64,000 nt of DNA from the human T2T-CHM13v2.0 reference genome, Homo sapiens: the NCBI RefSeq assembly GCF_009914755.1, contig NC_060935.1, one strand, 5' to 3'. Both the position numbers and the translations under genes were made by a program. Under the pieces are notes generated by a model that made no database searches, was not told the origin of the DNA, and saw nothing but the letters and a program-made list of their open reading frames with translations. Position 1 is the first letter of the stretch; every line of letters begins with the position of its first letter. Shown here piece by piece: positions 47,310 through 62,625 of the stretch.

Positions 47310-48167
47310 TAGAATACATTTTAATGGGTCTCTTAAAAGCATTTTACATTTGGCATCTGTATTATTACTAATAGTCCTCTTCCAATGTGTTGATATTTCC
47401 TGCTTTTGAATAGGCCCTTAGTGACTTAGGTTAATTCACTCACTCTACCAACATTTAGAGTCCCTAATTTGTGTGAGGCATTCTGTTGGGTGCCTGGAAA
47501 CACAGTCTGGAGCGCTTTTGCTTGCCTTCATGTCTAGGATCAAAGGTGTGGATGCCTCCCGCACCCATCACCCCTACCCCCTAGCCTAGTATTGCCAAAG
47601 TACCTCTTTGTACGTGATTATTTACGTTTGTCTCCCTCACCTGAGTGAATTCCTCCGAAGTAAACAGTATCTTATTCAATGTTGTTTTCCTAGCATGGTG
47701 CATGGAAAACTGTTATAACAAATAAGTAAACTGAGTATACTGTTGTTTTCCATGCTGGGGTAAGTATAAACTATTGGAATAAATACATTGTACAGATGAG
47801 GAAACTAAAGCTCAGAAAAAAAAATGTGATATGTCCAACATCATACAGCTAATAAATAAGCAGTGTCCAGTGTGAGAAAGCCTCGTCCAGAGCTCTCTTC
47901 TACTCCATCATGCCACATCCTACACATGGACAGCAAGAGTGAAAGATCTTAGATGTCTTCCAGGAACCTCAAACTCAGCATGTCCAAAGGTCCTCCCTTT
48001 GGAAAACAAAAAGACCTGGTTCCCATTCAGTGTTCTCTTTCTCTGAAAACGTCATCCCCAGTTGCTCAAGAAAAAAACTCAAGTCATTTCATGACTCCCT
48101 TTTCTCCCTATCCCCCCATCCAATCAATCAACAAATCTTATCAATTACAATTTTCAAAGTTAGTGTC

Positions 48168-48775
<608 letters not shown>

Positions 48776-48779
48776 CTTA

Positions 48780-49480
48780 GTGTCTCTCTAAACCCTCTGT
48801 CACCACCCTAGATCTAAGCACCATCATCCCTCATACAGACGACAAAAATTATTTGCTACTTGGTCTCTACACATTCACTCTGACCAAGTCTTTCCTTCAA
48901 TCTCCTCTACTTAACAGCCAGGATAATATTTTAATATCATCCTACATATGCCATTCATCTAGTTTTTTAAAGCCAGGCTAGGTTCTCATTAGCCTTAGGA
49001 TAAAGACCAAAATACACCTGTAGCTCAAAGAACTGCCTACTCTCTAGCCTCTGCCCACCTCTCCAGCCTCATTCTTCATTCTAGTCTTTCTCCTCTTGCT
49101 CTGTCTCTAACTTCCTTTCAAATCCTCAGGTTCACCACTCTTCCCTTTGAACTTTGAACATGAAGTTCCCTCTGCCAGAAACCTTTGTCCCACTATAAGC
49201 ATCTCCCACTGCCATCCTGAATTACTACTTCCGTTTACCCTCCAAGTCTCTTGAAGTGTCACTTCCTATAGGAAACCTTTCCTGATAACCCTAGACAAGG
49301 GGAAAGTACCATGTCAGGCACTCCTACCCAACCCTTTTGGAAATGGCATTCATCACACTTGCAATTATTTATTAAGTATATCCCCTATTAGAATATAAGC
49401 TCCATGAAGTCAGGGAAAGCATTTGTTTTCACTGATGTATCCACAGTGCTTAGTACATGGTAGCTGCTCAATCAATATAA
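48780..49480. mobile_element. L2 relic (continues 47950-48165)
   Basis: 'ctctccagcctcatt', 'tcacttcct..ggaaacctttcctga', 'aagctccatgaag.caggga'. Confidence 0.65.
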
Positions 49481-52148
49481 ATTGTCAGAATTATAGGTTG
49501 GGGCCAGATTATAGAGGGCTATAACATCAGTAAACCAAAGAGCAAGGATCATTATCCCTTTGCAAATAAGTAAACCGAAGCAGAAAGAAATGAATAGTTA
49601 TTTAAGGTCCCAGAGACAGCAGTGATGAGGCCAAATCTAACACTACATTCAGCCCATTTCTCCTCCCTAGGACAATAAAAGAAACTTTGGTGGGTAAGGA
49701 AGTATTTCAGAAGAAGAAAATTAGGAATGAGAAGATGGTGCATAAAAGGTCTAAGAGGACAGCTTCTGAATCTGCCTGTTACACTAGTTGCCTCCAGATG
49801 GATAGCAGTTAGACTTTCCACACCTAGAGGAGCACTGCTGTTACATAAACAAATATAGCCACTATCACACTCTTCCCGTTAAGAGAAGAGAATAAAATAA
49901 CAAACTTCTTTCCTGCACAGAGGAGAAGAAACAACCAGGGTGGGTGGGGAACTGTTGTCCTCCAAGTATCTTCAAAAAACCAAATGGGCAGTTTGGCCAC
50001 CTGGATTGCTACTCAGCAATCCACAGGGAACAGGAAGAAAGAGGGGGGAAAGATCAGCCTTCCCACCACCAGCTGCAGCAAGGATAAGGAAAAAAAAAAT
50101 GTATTGTATAAGGCAAGCCACTTGAAGACTACTTATTCCTTGGGAATTATGAGAACATTTCATGTAGAGCATTTAAAAACCTTGCTAATCCATAGGCAGG
50201 TGCCAGTGAAAGGAAAAGTGGCATGAGCCCAACTGCAGCATTTCATTGTTCACATGCTGCTGGGGCTAAATTATGTCTGTCACAGGAACTACAAACCAGA
50301 CCAGGGGTCAGGCTCATTGCTGCTCATCCTGCCAAGCACAGACTGCAAGAAAAAGAAAAGGCAAAGAAATTCTCTTCAAAGAGGATTCTGCAAAAATATT
50401 CACATAGTCTACATCCACCCAGGAGTTCCTAGTTGAAGTGGAGGACCAGGGAGTGTGTTCTAAGATTGAAGAGAAAGAGATGTGATATGCTGGTGATAAA
50501 GGAGGGGTTTTGAAACAGAAAGGAAAAATGTAAACTGCAAATGGAGAGATAGAGAAATAAACAGAATTTCAAGAGATGTGGGTGGGATGGGGTGGGGTGG
50601 GGGGAAGAAATGAAAGTACAGGAGAGAAGGGTAGGGTGTCCAGAAGAGCAGAGCGTCATCAACAGAGAGACGCAGAGGCAAAGGCTAACTGTTGATCTTT
50701 TCCCAAATCCAAAAGCTGCTCATTGGCATCCCAATAAATCACTCTACTACAAAGCCCATACAATGGACTGTCCTTTGCATTCAGCATCAAGCAGCATTTA
50801 ATGAAATATCACACAGCTACAACTTTGGAGACCTAAGGATCTGAATTTAAAATGAACAAAATTGGCTTAGCAGCAGAAGACAGCCAGTAAAGAATTTCGC
50901 CCATGTCTGACTCAGCTAGGAAAAGGTTTAGCATTCTAGAGTTAAGCAAATACTCTGGCATTTCTCCTTCTTTTGACATTCCAAGAGGGGGTGTGGTTGA
51001 CCCCAGGCCCATTCATTTCCAAGGGTGTAGATCTCTCAGCCAAGACTGGCCCCATCTGTTGTGGAGCCAGCCAGCTGTTTATCTCAAAGTAACATATCTA
51101 TTGCCCTAATTATCCCTATAACTCTTACAAGAGCATCATGTAAGTCAGAATGCTTTCTCTCCTGTTAAATGTCAGTTCGTTTAAAAAAACAACAATAACA
51201 AAACAACCAAAATCACTCTTCCATGGGCACCTTTCAGTAATGGCAAATGAAGGTTAACAGCGCTTCTAACTTTCCCTTTCTCTAATGTGTTAAAATGAAC
51301 CCCTCTTCCCTAATCGATCTCTTCAAACCGTTATTTGTGAGTAGTGACTATGCCTCAGGAAACAGCAGCTCATTATGGTACCATTGTCAGTGGCAAAGAG
51401 CCTATGCAATGTAATTTAAAACACACAAGCACAAATCTGTCGGCTCCACTTCCAAACAATCTTGAATCCAGCAGTCGGAGAACGGAAAACATTTAACAAA
51501 AACGCTGCTTCCAGCAGCCTGAAAGAACCTTCGCCAGACACGTGAAATGTTTCTGACTGGCACGGAGTGCACCATTAAAGGACACTGTCACCTCAAATCA
51601 GCAGAAAAGGCGAGACAAACCACATAGACATACACACATAAAATAAAGCCCTACAAAACTTAAGCACGTTCATCTTAAAAATTAATAACTAGTGCTCGTC
51701 CAAGCGACATTCAAATGTTCTAAAGTAGTGCGACCACATTAATTCACTGTCTCCATTTCTCCCCACGCATCACCCCTTCCCACTCAAACCTCAGCTCTCG
51801 GGCCGTGTGTGACAGGACTGCAGTCCCCCACCTCTGCCTTCCTCAGATTTTCCAAGAGCACTCCCCAACATCCTTCCCAGCCCAGCCCCCTCTCTCCGCC
51901 TCAAAAAGGTTGAGAGGAGTTGCGACTAGGGAATTGGCAGGCACCCGTCCTCTGGCGGGGGAAGGTTGCTGGAGTTGTTCTTTGCAGTGACCCAAATGGC
52001 ACAGAGCTTTTCCCCTTAGCTGTGCCTGCAAGCCTCTCCCCAATCCCCCCCACCTCCCCACCGCTCACAGCTTCCCAAAAGAAAGCCTTGAGAACTAAGC
52101 GGGAGGAATAACTTGGTAGAAGCATTTGAATAAATCACTTCAACTCAC

Positions 52149-52380
52149 CTGGTTTGGGATTTTTCTCCCCACCCCAGGCATAAACAGAAATGGATGTGCG
52201 AATGAGTCACGCACGCAAGGGAAGGTCTGCGATGTCCTGAGTCCAAGGGCTGGAGTCAGTCCCTGCCCTGGTGCTGCTGCTACACTTAGCTCAGCTGGAG
52301 CGAGCGGCAATCGCAAGCCCAGCAGCAGCAGGGGGTGGAGAGACCGTAGCACAATGAATGCAGTGGGGCTTTTGCAATGA
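52149..52380 (-). other. RAB30: RAB30 non-coding first exon (TSS approximate)
   Basis: Consensus donor at 52148 (plus strand 'actcac|ctg'); lies directly downstream of the promoter motifs on the minus strand. Confidence 0.75.
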
Positions 52381-52560
52381 CATCATCCCTCTGTCCAAAC
52401 GTCCCCAATAGCCATGCTCGGGAGCGGTGCTTTCTGGGAACTGTAGTCTTCTTACGTCCTGAAGGGATACCCAGGCAATCCCCGAAACTACAATGCCCAA
52501 AATGCTCCAAGTGGGACGCGCCCAGAGTGAAGGAGCAAAGGGGACTCGGCCGCCATGTTA
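52370..52560. promoter_or_regulatory. Bidirectional promoter (RAB30 / RAB30-DT)
   Basis: Local CpG enrichment. SBS/ZNF143 motifs GACTACAGTTCCCAGAAAGCAC (minus, 52427-52448) and ACTACAATGCCCAAAATGC (plus, 52487-52505). CCAAT 52405-52409, TGACATCA 52378-52385, YY1 CCGCCATGTT 52550-52559. AP-1 TGAGTCA nearby at 52203-52209. Confidence 0.85.
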
Positions 52561-52639
52561 GGAGTACTGGGACGATTCCGCGGAGCCGGGCAGAGGTTTT
52601 AGGGGTGCGCAGGAGTCAAGTGGTGGTTCAGTGGGGACG
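52524..52639 (+). ncRNA. RAB30-DT: Divergent lncRNA exon 1 (TSS approximate)
   Basis: Follows the plus-strand SBS motif; donor ACG|GTGAGG at 52640. Confidence 0.65.
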
Positions 52640-53080
52640 GTGAGGTGGAGGACGATCTGGTCGGATAGCCGCGGGCACGAACCTGGGAACCAGAGGGTGG
52701 AGGCCATGCTGGGGACTGATGTAGGGCGGGACCGACTGGAAGCGGCATCCAGAGGCCCAGTGAGCCTCGGTCTCAGCTCCTGAAGGGGTTGCATGGGGCC
52801 CTACGCTTCCTTCTCCATTTTTTAGCTAAGAGATTGAGAGAGTCGGTTTACTTTTGGGCTTGGAGTATCATTTAGATCTGTTAACAGTACAGTTGAGAGA
52901 GTTGGTGTCTTTTGTTGAGGTGCGAGGACCCGAGGCGGCGACCCTCGCCTTTATTCGGAGAAGCCCACTTCCACCCACAGAGTTGGGGTAGTCCTCCGAA
53001 ATGCATTTTTGTTTTGCCGTTTGTTTTCCAACCCCCTTTCACTCTCCCCAAAGCTTCAGATTCACTGATTTTTCATACAG

Positions 53081-53160
53081 GAATGATTAACAAAGGCGTC
53101 CGAAGAAATCGTTGTTGGAAGGTGACCAAGGTGGAAAGAGACGTTGCTTTGGCCCTGCAA
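53081..53160 (+). ncRNA. RAB30-DT: Divergent lncRNA exon 2 (80 nt)
   Basis: Branch-like CACTGAT plus TTTTCATACAG acceptor ending at 53080; donor CAA|GTAAGA at 53161. Confidence 0.65.
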
Positions 53161-53256
53161 GTAAGAAGAGAGAGGGAATAGCCTGAAGGAGTAACACTAA
53201 ATTTAAAATGACACTTTTTTACCAACCAGCGAAAGCAGATGTTCAAAGGGGATATT

Positions 53257-53552
<296 letters not shown>

Positions 53553-53760
53553 GGCGGGAGGGGTGGGATATTATTGATGATAGGCCTTCTGACGTCTGGC
53601 AATAGATTCCAGAGTAACATCGGTCATGGATAAATTTTTTTTTTAACTAAGTGACTGAAACCAAAGTTAATTGTCTTTTGAGTGATTTTGCACAGTATCT
53701 CAAAATGAACTGTACTTTTTTTCTTGTGTCACTGAAACAGTGCTGTGTGTTCTTTTTCAG

Positions 53761-54170
53761 AGTCTGTCACACTAAGATGAGAAATGTCCTTTCTTCCTGA
53801 AGGTGTCTGATGTGTAAAAATATGATATACTTTGTGCTGTTTCCTCCCTTCCCTTTTGCATATTATTCTGAAACAACATTAACTAGTTACTTTGCGTCAT
53901 TGAAGGTATGCACTTCCCCTCTATGTTAGGAGTGAATAAAATTAAAAATAGATCCTTATAACAAAGAAAGGCAGATAGAATGATTAAAAATGACCAAAAC
54001 ATGTTAGAAACAGTCTCTCAGGTGTATGCAGATGGTAATTACAAAAATACTTTTTCAAAAAATGATCTTCTGTGTCATGTTTCTGGGAACAAGTCAAGAT
54101 GAATGAGTTTGATTTTTAAGCAGAAGTAGTATGTGTTGGTGTCATCCATGAATACAACAATGAAAAAGGC
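53761..54170 (+). ncRNA. RAB30-DT: Divergent lncRNA terminal exon (3' end approximate)
   Basis: Acceptor GTGTTCTTTTTCAG ending at 53760, possible alternative AG at 53740. AATAAA 53935-53940, ATTAAA 53941-53946, variant AATACA at 54151. Confidence 0.55.
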
Positions 54171-54504
54171 TCAAAGTTGTTGTTATTCAGAAACTTCTCT
54201 AAGTAATGGTGGTAAGTACAGGAAAAGGAGCAATGTCTACCATTTTCTTTCTAACCTTCGATTTAACTATTGTAATGTTGTAAGCTTAACAGAGACTTAC
54301 ACTTAGGCTTAATTTCAAGCTCTTCAATCATTTTTCCCGGTTGGTGATTCAGGTGTATTCTCATGTCTTATGTAAACTTATCATGAGTGTTGTTGATTTA
54401 TAATATATTTCTTTATGTAAGCCATAGCCTTGTCAGTTTGAGTTATATGGAAGACAAATTGTAGGGAAAAAGAGCAACAGATTACTCAGAAACCTTCTGT
54501 GTGA

Positions 54505-54668
54505 GCTGGGCATAGTAGTGCATGCCAGTAGGCTTAGCTACTTGGGAGGCTGAGGCAGGAGGATCACTTGATCCCATTAGTTTGAGGCTGCAGTGAGCTA
54601 TGATTGTGTCACTGTACTCCAATCTGGACAACAGTGAGACTATGTCTGTTTTTAAAAAAGAAAGAAAG
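54505..54668 (+). mobile_element. Alu right-arm monomer (FRAM-like)
   Basis: Single arm. Confidence 0.8.
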
Positions 54669-54966
54669 CTTGTGTTTGAGAAGTGATACCTCTAGAATAC
54701 AGTGATTTCTATAATTTGTCATGTGTTTGGGTAGTTTGAAGTTTTTCTATCCTTGTATCTAATGGACATCTGACCATAAAGATGAAAAAATCCTGCACTC
54801 ATTATAAATTTTATTTATAAAATTGATATTTGAGGAGTTGGGGAGGCCAGCTTCTGAAAAAATAACAGTGTCCCATAGAAACACCACAACTTAGGAAAAT
54901 ATTGTTAAAGTGGAATTAGGAATATCTAGAGGAGGTAAAGCTTTTCATCTCTCAAAAAAGAATTAG

Positions 54967-55260
<294 letters not shown>

Positions 55261-55702
55261 GAATTAGGACATGGATTTGTATTAAAATTATAGGTAGCTC
55301 ATTTAAGAGTATGAAGCCAATTGCTGTTAGAGCAAGGGTTTTTTTCAGTAGAGGTGTCAGGATAACCTATACAGCTCTAAAAGTATATGGCTGTTACCTT
55401 CCCATCCCTGTTGAAATCTCCAGGGTTAGAACCAAGTATTGTGTTTTTAAAACTATAGGTGAGTCTACAAGAGTTGGGTGGAGTAGTCCTCTACATCCTG
55501 TGTTTGTATTTTTGCAGTAAGTCACACAATAACAAAAGCTTTGAGAAAGATTTTAGGTTTATTGCTAATTATACCCATGAATGAATTCTGAAAATGTGTA
55601 GATAAGGAATTTACCTGGTGAACGGTTTACACATGGCAATTGTGGGAGGGAGAGGGGAGTGAGAGGAGATGAGATCAGTTTTAGCTTTAAGAGGACCAAC
55701 CG

Positions 55703-56000
<298 letters not shown>

Positions 56001-56881
56001 GGGACCAACCATGATATCCTGACTAACCTGTATATTTCTTAGAATGAGGGTTTAGCCTAATATTAAGAAAGTCTAATGTTAAGAGACACCTAGTAAGAGC
56101 TCAACGCTGTGGTAAAATTATGATAGTTATGCAGAAACTTAAAAGCTGAAGTATCCAGAGACAATATATTGTTTAGAATTTTCTGAAAATAAAAATTTTC
56201 TTGCCCTAAGTCTTGAATTTTTAAGTTATTGATGTTAATATTTATGATCTTTGAACAAATGATATTATAATAGAGTATCTTTTAGGTCACAGAGACCCCT
56301 TTTTAGAGCTGAGAAATCTTACAAATTCCTCAGCCCATGTTTTACAGATAAGGAAATGGGCATGCACACAGTGAAATTAAAAATTGCTAGTGGTCACACT
56401 GTACATTGATGGCAAAGGCAGGGCAGAATTAGAATCCAATTATCTTACCTGTTCAGTGTCTTTAATGATACAGCAAGCTCACCACTGTTTCTCTTTACTC
56501 TTTAAACAGTGGATTTTTTTTGTCATGATTTTGATTTCTTGTATAATGCAGTTCAATACTTGTTTAATTTTAATGTTGGACTCTCAATTTTTAAGACAGT
56601 AGTACACATGAAATGTGCTTTATATTTTATGTTTCAACAAGAAAATACACATTTTCCTTTTAATAGAGGAGCTTAAGTTCCTAATTTAAATAATTGAGTA
56701 TGAGCTTCAGATACTTCAGAGTGGTATTAATAAACTTTGCTTTTCCAAATGGTTTCAGATAAGCATTTAATATTCAAAGCTTCCTCTTTACAGCTTAGGA
56801 AGTGGTCTGGTTAAGTGACTTGAGTTCATACAGGAATATATCGGTATGTTCCTAATTCCCATCAAGTGTACCATTATGTAA

Positions 56882-57313
<432 letters not shown>

Positions 57314-57522
57314 TAATCTTAGTAACCCAATTTGAGTTTGAAACAAATTTACATAATTTTAGCTGCTTAATATGCTGCTGAAGATAAATGCAGTAAATAT
57401 CCCAAGGTCAAGATTTGAAATCCAAATGTCCATAGTAATGATTAACAGGAAAAGAGAGTCCTCTGTTAACTTTATTTCTCAATTTTTTACAGGTTTGGAT
57501 AATTAAGGGAGCACTAGAAAAC

Positions 57523-57812
57523 TTTTTTTTTTTTTTTTGAGATGGAGTCTGTTGCCCAGGCTGGAGTACAGTGGTACGGTCTCGACTCACTGCAATCTCC
57601 GCTCCTGGGTTCAAGTGATTTCTCTTGCCTCAGTCTCCTGACTAGCTGGGATTTACAGGCGCATGCCACCATGCCCAGCTAATTTTTGTATTTTTATTAG
57701 AGACGGGTTTCATCATGTTGGTCAGGCTGGTCTCAAACTCCTGACCTCGTGATCCACCCGCCTCGGCCTCCCAAAGTGCTGGGATTACAGGTGTGAGCCA
57801 CCGTGCCCAGCC
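57523..57812 (-). mobile_element. Alu (Sg-like)
   Basis: Alu consensus. Confidence 0.92.
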
Positions 57813-58256
57813 GAAAATGTTTCTTTGCAAGGATAAATATATGAAGATAAACTTGCCGAGCGTAAATATGTTCATGAATATAGCCACTTAAGGAAATTCA
57901 AACATGCAGAGATGTTCAGCTGTATGCAGTTATGTATTCATGAAGTATTCATGTATTCATGAAGCCTTATTTGATGTAGAATCTGAGGGTGCTGCCTATA
58001 CATAAACTTGCTTAAAGGTTAAAACTTAAGGAATGTTCATCAAAGTCACTTTCTTACACCTAACTCCTGATTTCATGAATATAACACATAGGTGCTTATC
58101 AAACTGAATACCTTGGAGATGAGCTGCTCCAGCACCAGAAGATAAAATTCAGTAACTGTAATCCTTGAGGTACCTAAGTGATACATTTTTTTTAAGACTG
58201 AGCCAAAATAAAACAGCTTTCCTCCTTCCCTACCCTCTCCGACCAAACTTTTAGCC

Positions 58257-58415
58257 ATTTTATTTATTTATTTATTTGAGATGGGGTCTAGCCATGTGGA
58301 GTGCAGTGGCTATTCACAAGCATGATCATAGCAAATGACAGCCACAGACTCCTGGGTTCGAGCAATCCTGCCTCAGCCACTCAAGTAACTAGGACTACAG
58401 GCGTATACTGGGGCT
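58257..58415 (-). mobile_element. Alu monomer
   Basis: Single arm; TSD TAGCCATTTTAT. Confidence 0.78.
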
Positions 58416-60082
58416 TCTAGCCATTTATATGGTATTAAGTGACAGCTTCTATAGTTACTTGGTACTTGTCCCTGTAAAACTGCACAGTGTGTATTCTCTT
58501 GGCTCAATTATTAGCATATTCTGCCATTTCCTTGTGAATGTTTTGTATTTTATATAGGAAAACTTAAGTTTTTAAATATCCTGAAATAACTGAAGAATTT
58601 TGTTTTTGCCTTTAAGTGGTAATGTATAAAGTATACTATTGCAGAGATACTTACAGAGTGCTTTCATTGCAATTAAAATACTGCAGCTAACTAGCATGTT
58701 CCATATGTGTAATCTAAATGACATACTGGTCATGTGCTATTTCTATGGAATACTAACAGTAGTATGGTACATTTATGCAGTCTCAACAGTTTAAAGTGTT
58801 ATTTTGGTGATAAACTGTTTACATTTATTTGTTTTTATATTTGGCAGTCTAAATGCAAGAGTCTCCATTTCAGCTCTTTACTCTGCATATCTTTAATGTT
58901 GGGCATTATGCCTCTTTCTTGAGTTTCAGTCCTATGACTGTTCCATTTTCAGTATTCATGTTTATGTGTCTTTCTAAAATTGTTTTGCTTCTGTTTCTTG
59001 CTGCTCTTGAGACAATTTATGGGCAAATTTTGTTACTTTTCAACTGGCCGTGTATTTCCCTGTGAAGAGTTGCTGGATTGTCTCATTTTCCAGATAAACT
59101 GAATTAATGTAGTAGTGAGGAGAAGCCAGATTTCAGAGGTTTGACAAGTGAACAAATGGGAATGAGAAAAGAAGTAGGTACTTAAACTTTTAAGAAGTTT
59201 GGCTCTGAAAAAGGCAAGAAATAATGGGTTAGAGAGGGCAGGATTGTAAGGATTTAAGATAGGAGAAGAGGCATAAGCATATTTAAATTTCCCTACTTAA
59301 GGGCCAAAATCATACTGTACCTCAGTCTGAACTTTTTAAAGGAATTCAAGGACACAAAATTCTGCCCTGCCCTGAAATCCAGTCAGGAGGAAGGGAGAAG
59401 AGCTCTGAAGTACTTTTGTAATTTTCTTCTACATAATAATTGATTTTTGTTTGATTATTTTTCTTTCCTATAGCTCCTGTTTGCCAGGTTTTTCATAGCT
59501 GCCTATTTAACCAAACTTGTACTCCCAAGAATAGTGCATATTTATGATTCTTAATTCCAAAAACACATGGCAATGATAATGTCTCTGCTTCTTTTGAGAA
59601 ATTAACTTGGTTCTGAAAGATGGTGTTTGCTTTTCACACCTGTATCATTAATACTTCCTTGCCAAACCTAACTAGGATCCTCACCACCACTGTTAGAGAA
59701 AACTGATGCTCAGTTGAACCAGAATGTTAAATGTGAACAGGATTTGTCTGTGTTGTTGCCCAGCTATGTTTATCCATACACATTACCTGGAGGAAGAGAA
59801 ATCTGAGATAATTGAGTTGATTAGATTACTTACATGAAGATGGTTTAATTGTATCAATACAGAAAAATGCACAAGGAAAGAAACTGACACCTTAAGGCAA
59901 CAAAGCCCTCCATAAAAAGTAACCGAATTTTGAGAGTTACGAACTAATGTCCATTACCTGAAGTCCTTCTCATTCCATTACCCAGTAACATAAATCAAAT
60001 TCAGTAAATAAGCTGCTTTATGTCTTGAGAAATTTAACTGGCAGAATAAATGGAAAGAAGTCAGTAAAAAGGGAGCAGTTGA

Positions 60083-60520
60083 ACAAGCATGGTGTCTCAC
60101 ACCAATAACCCCAGCACTTTGGGAGGCCGAGGCAGGTGAATCACTTGAGGTCAGAAGTTCAAGACCAACCTGGCCAACATGGTGAAAACCCATCTCTACT
60201 AAAAATGCAAAAATTAGCTGGGCTTGGTGGCAGGTGCTTGTAATCCCAGCTACTCAGGAGGCTGAGGCAGGAGAGTCACTTAAAACCCAGGAGGCAGAGG
60301 CAGTGAGCTGAGATCGTGCCACTGTACCCCATCCTGGGCAACAGGACGAGGCTCCATCTCAGGGAAAAAAAAAAAGAAAAAGCTGAGCATGGCGGCATGT
60401 GCCTGTAGTCTTAGCTACTCAGGAGGCTGAGGCAGGAGGATCACTTGAGCCCAGGAGTCGTAGGTTGCAGTGGTGCCATTGTGTTCCAGCCTGGGTAAGA
60501 GTAAGGCCCTGTTTCAGTAA
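60083..60520 (+). mobile_element. Alu followed by an extra right arm
   Basis: Full Alu 60083-60380, then a right-arm monomer. Confidence 0.88.
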
Positions 60521-61971
60521 AAAGAAGGGAGTAACCAAGACAGGTAGGGATTCAGTATAATAAAAGTCAAAAGTAGTTGTTTATTACTAGAGCCTGGCAC
60601 TGTAACCTGGTATGTCCAAATGTGATTTAATTTGCTCTCAAGATGTGCACCAGAAGAAATAACCCGAGGCATTTCAAAGAAAAAACAAAATGTGACCTGC
60701 TAGTTCTGTTACTCTGCCACAAGTTAACACATTTTGAACTTAAGTGCAGAGTCCCATACATCCAGTGTGACTCCCCAAATCTCAAAAATTTAGGCTAAAA
60801 CCTAATTTTGTGTCCAAGCCAGTGCCTGCTTGTTCCTGCTGAATTTAAAACTTTGGGTCCAGCAATCTTCTATCGCTGGAGGGAGGGAGAGGTATGAAAA
60901 TAATGTTTAATGGTAATTGTTTATTGTCATGGGCCCATATTATACCCAGATTTAGAGAGCTATTTGACACACCTGTAACCTAATGTTTATTTTAACTTAA
61001 TATCTGCTCAGTCAGGTAAGAGATGCAACTTCACAGAGGTCCATTTAACGTGCCTAAACCTAAGTAGAAACACAAAAGCTATGTATAGTCCCTTGTTTGA
61101 GATAACACTAAATTTTTAGAGAATAGCTTGGTACTGTGGTAGACAGAGTTCACTTAAAATGCATTTAACAATTTACAGATAACTGGAAAGTAATTCATTC
61201 ATCTTAGAACCCTGGTAGGGACATTCTATTAAAATATTTGTGTACTAGTTAAAGTCAAAATAGAAATACAGCCTATCACACGGTATTTATACTATGCATT
61301 ATGATTAATAAAGCCACCTAAGGTCGTTACTCCATGATCATGGGAAGTTGTTAGTCATTAAGAGTTCGGGTTTAGCAACAAAAATCTTGCGTTTGAATCT
61401 AAACACATTACATGATTTTAAGCATGTTCATCATTCTGAGATTAAATAAAAATTAAGGAAATATATGAAAAATGCTTAATAAGTACCCAAAAGGTAATAT
61501 GGTGTAGCAACTTAGAATGTAGACTTCAGAGCCAGTCAGCTAGGATTAAAATGACACTTCGGCCAATCACTGTTGACTATAAGCAAGTTATTTAACTCTG
61601 CCTCAGTTTTGTCTGTGAAGTAGGGATAAAATCTTCCTCGCTAGGTTGCTATAAGAATTAAATGGATATATTAAGTACTATCATGTGAGATCACTTTATT
61701 TGAGGCTAAAAAAATTTTTTTTAACTAGGATTCACTGAAAATACATCTATAAAAAAGCCACTCTTTATCATGAGAAGTATGATTTTCTGTACCTTAGGTG
61801 TTATAAAGCAATATCCCCTCAGTTTTAACTTTACCAAAATACCTGTCTTAGTAAATGATACTATATATACCAAATATTGCATATGTGTATATAAACTTCA
61901 ACTGTCTACTTCTATCACTGACAGTTTAAAAATTGAGATAAAGTAAGTATTATCTGAGTAATATAACCATT

Positions 61972-62218
<247 letters not shown>

Positions 62219-62625
62219 CAATCTAACCATTTTCAAGATTTGATCTGCAAATACCTGAAGTAAGTACAAGCACTGTGGCCCAGTTAAAGAGTGTTAGAAC
62301 TGTAAGAAGTCCAAAGGCATAGCTAAGAATTGCTTTAGAGTCAGTTGTGGGTTCTGAATTCTTGCTCTGATAGTTAGCAACTATGTCTACTTTGGCAAAT
62401 TTAGGTTTTGAAGCCTTCCATATCTTTAAAAGGAGGTAACATTTAACAGAGCACCAAATACAAGGTTTTCTGTAATATTAGTTCCATAGCATGGTCTGCA
62501 AACTTCCAACATCAGAATCTCCTGGGATATATGCTAAATGCAGATTCTGGTTTCCCAACCAGAATATACTGCTTAAAAATCTGAGGGTTAGTTCTAGGAA
62601 TCTGCATTTTTTTCTATACAATGTA

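Noticed and set aside
52140-52352. Signal-peptide-like 70-aa ORF in RAB30 exon 1
   Set aside because: Begins at GTG rather than ATG, and Leu/Ala richness follows from CTG repeats in a GC-rich UTR; only the internal ATG is kept, as a uORF candidate
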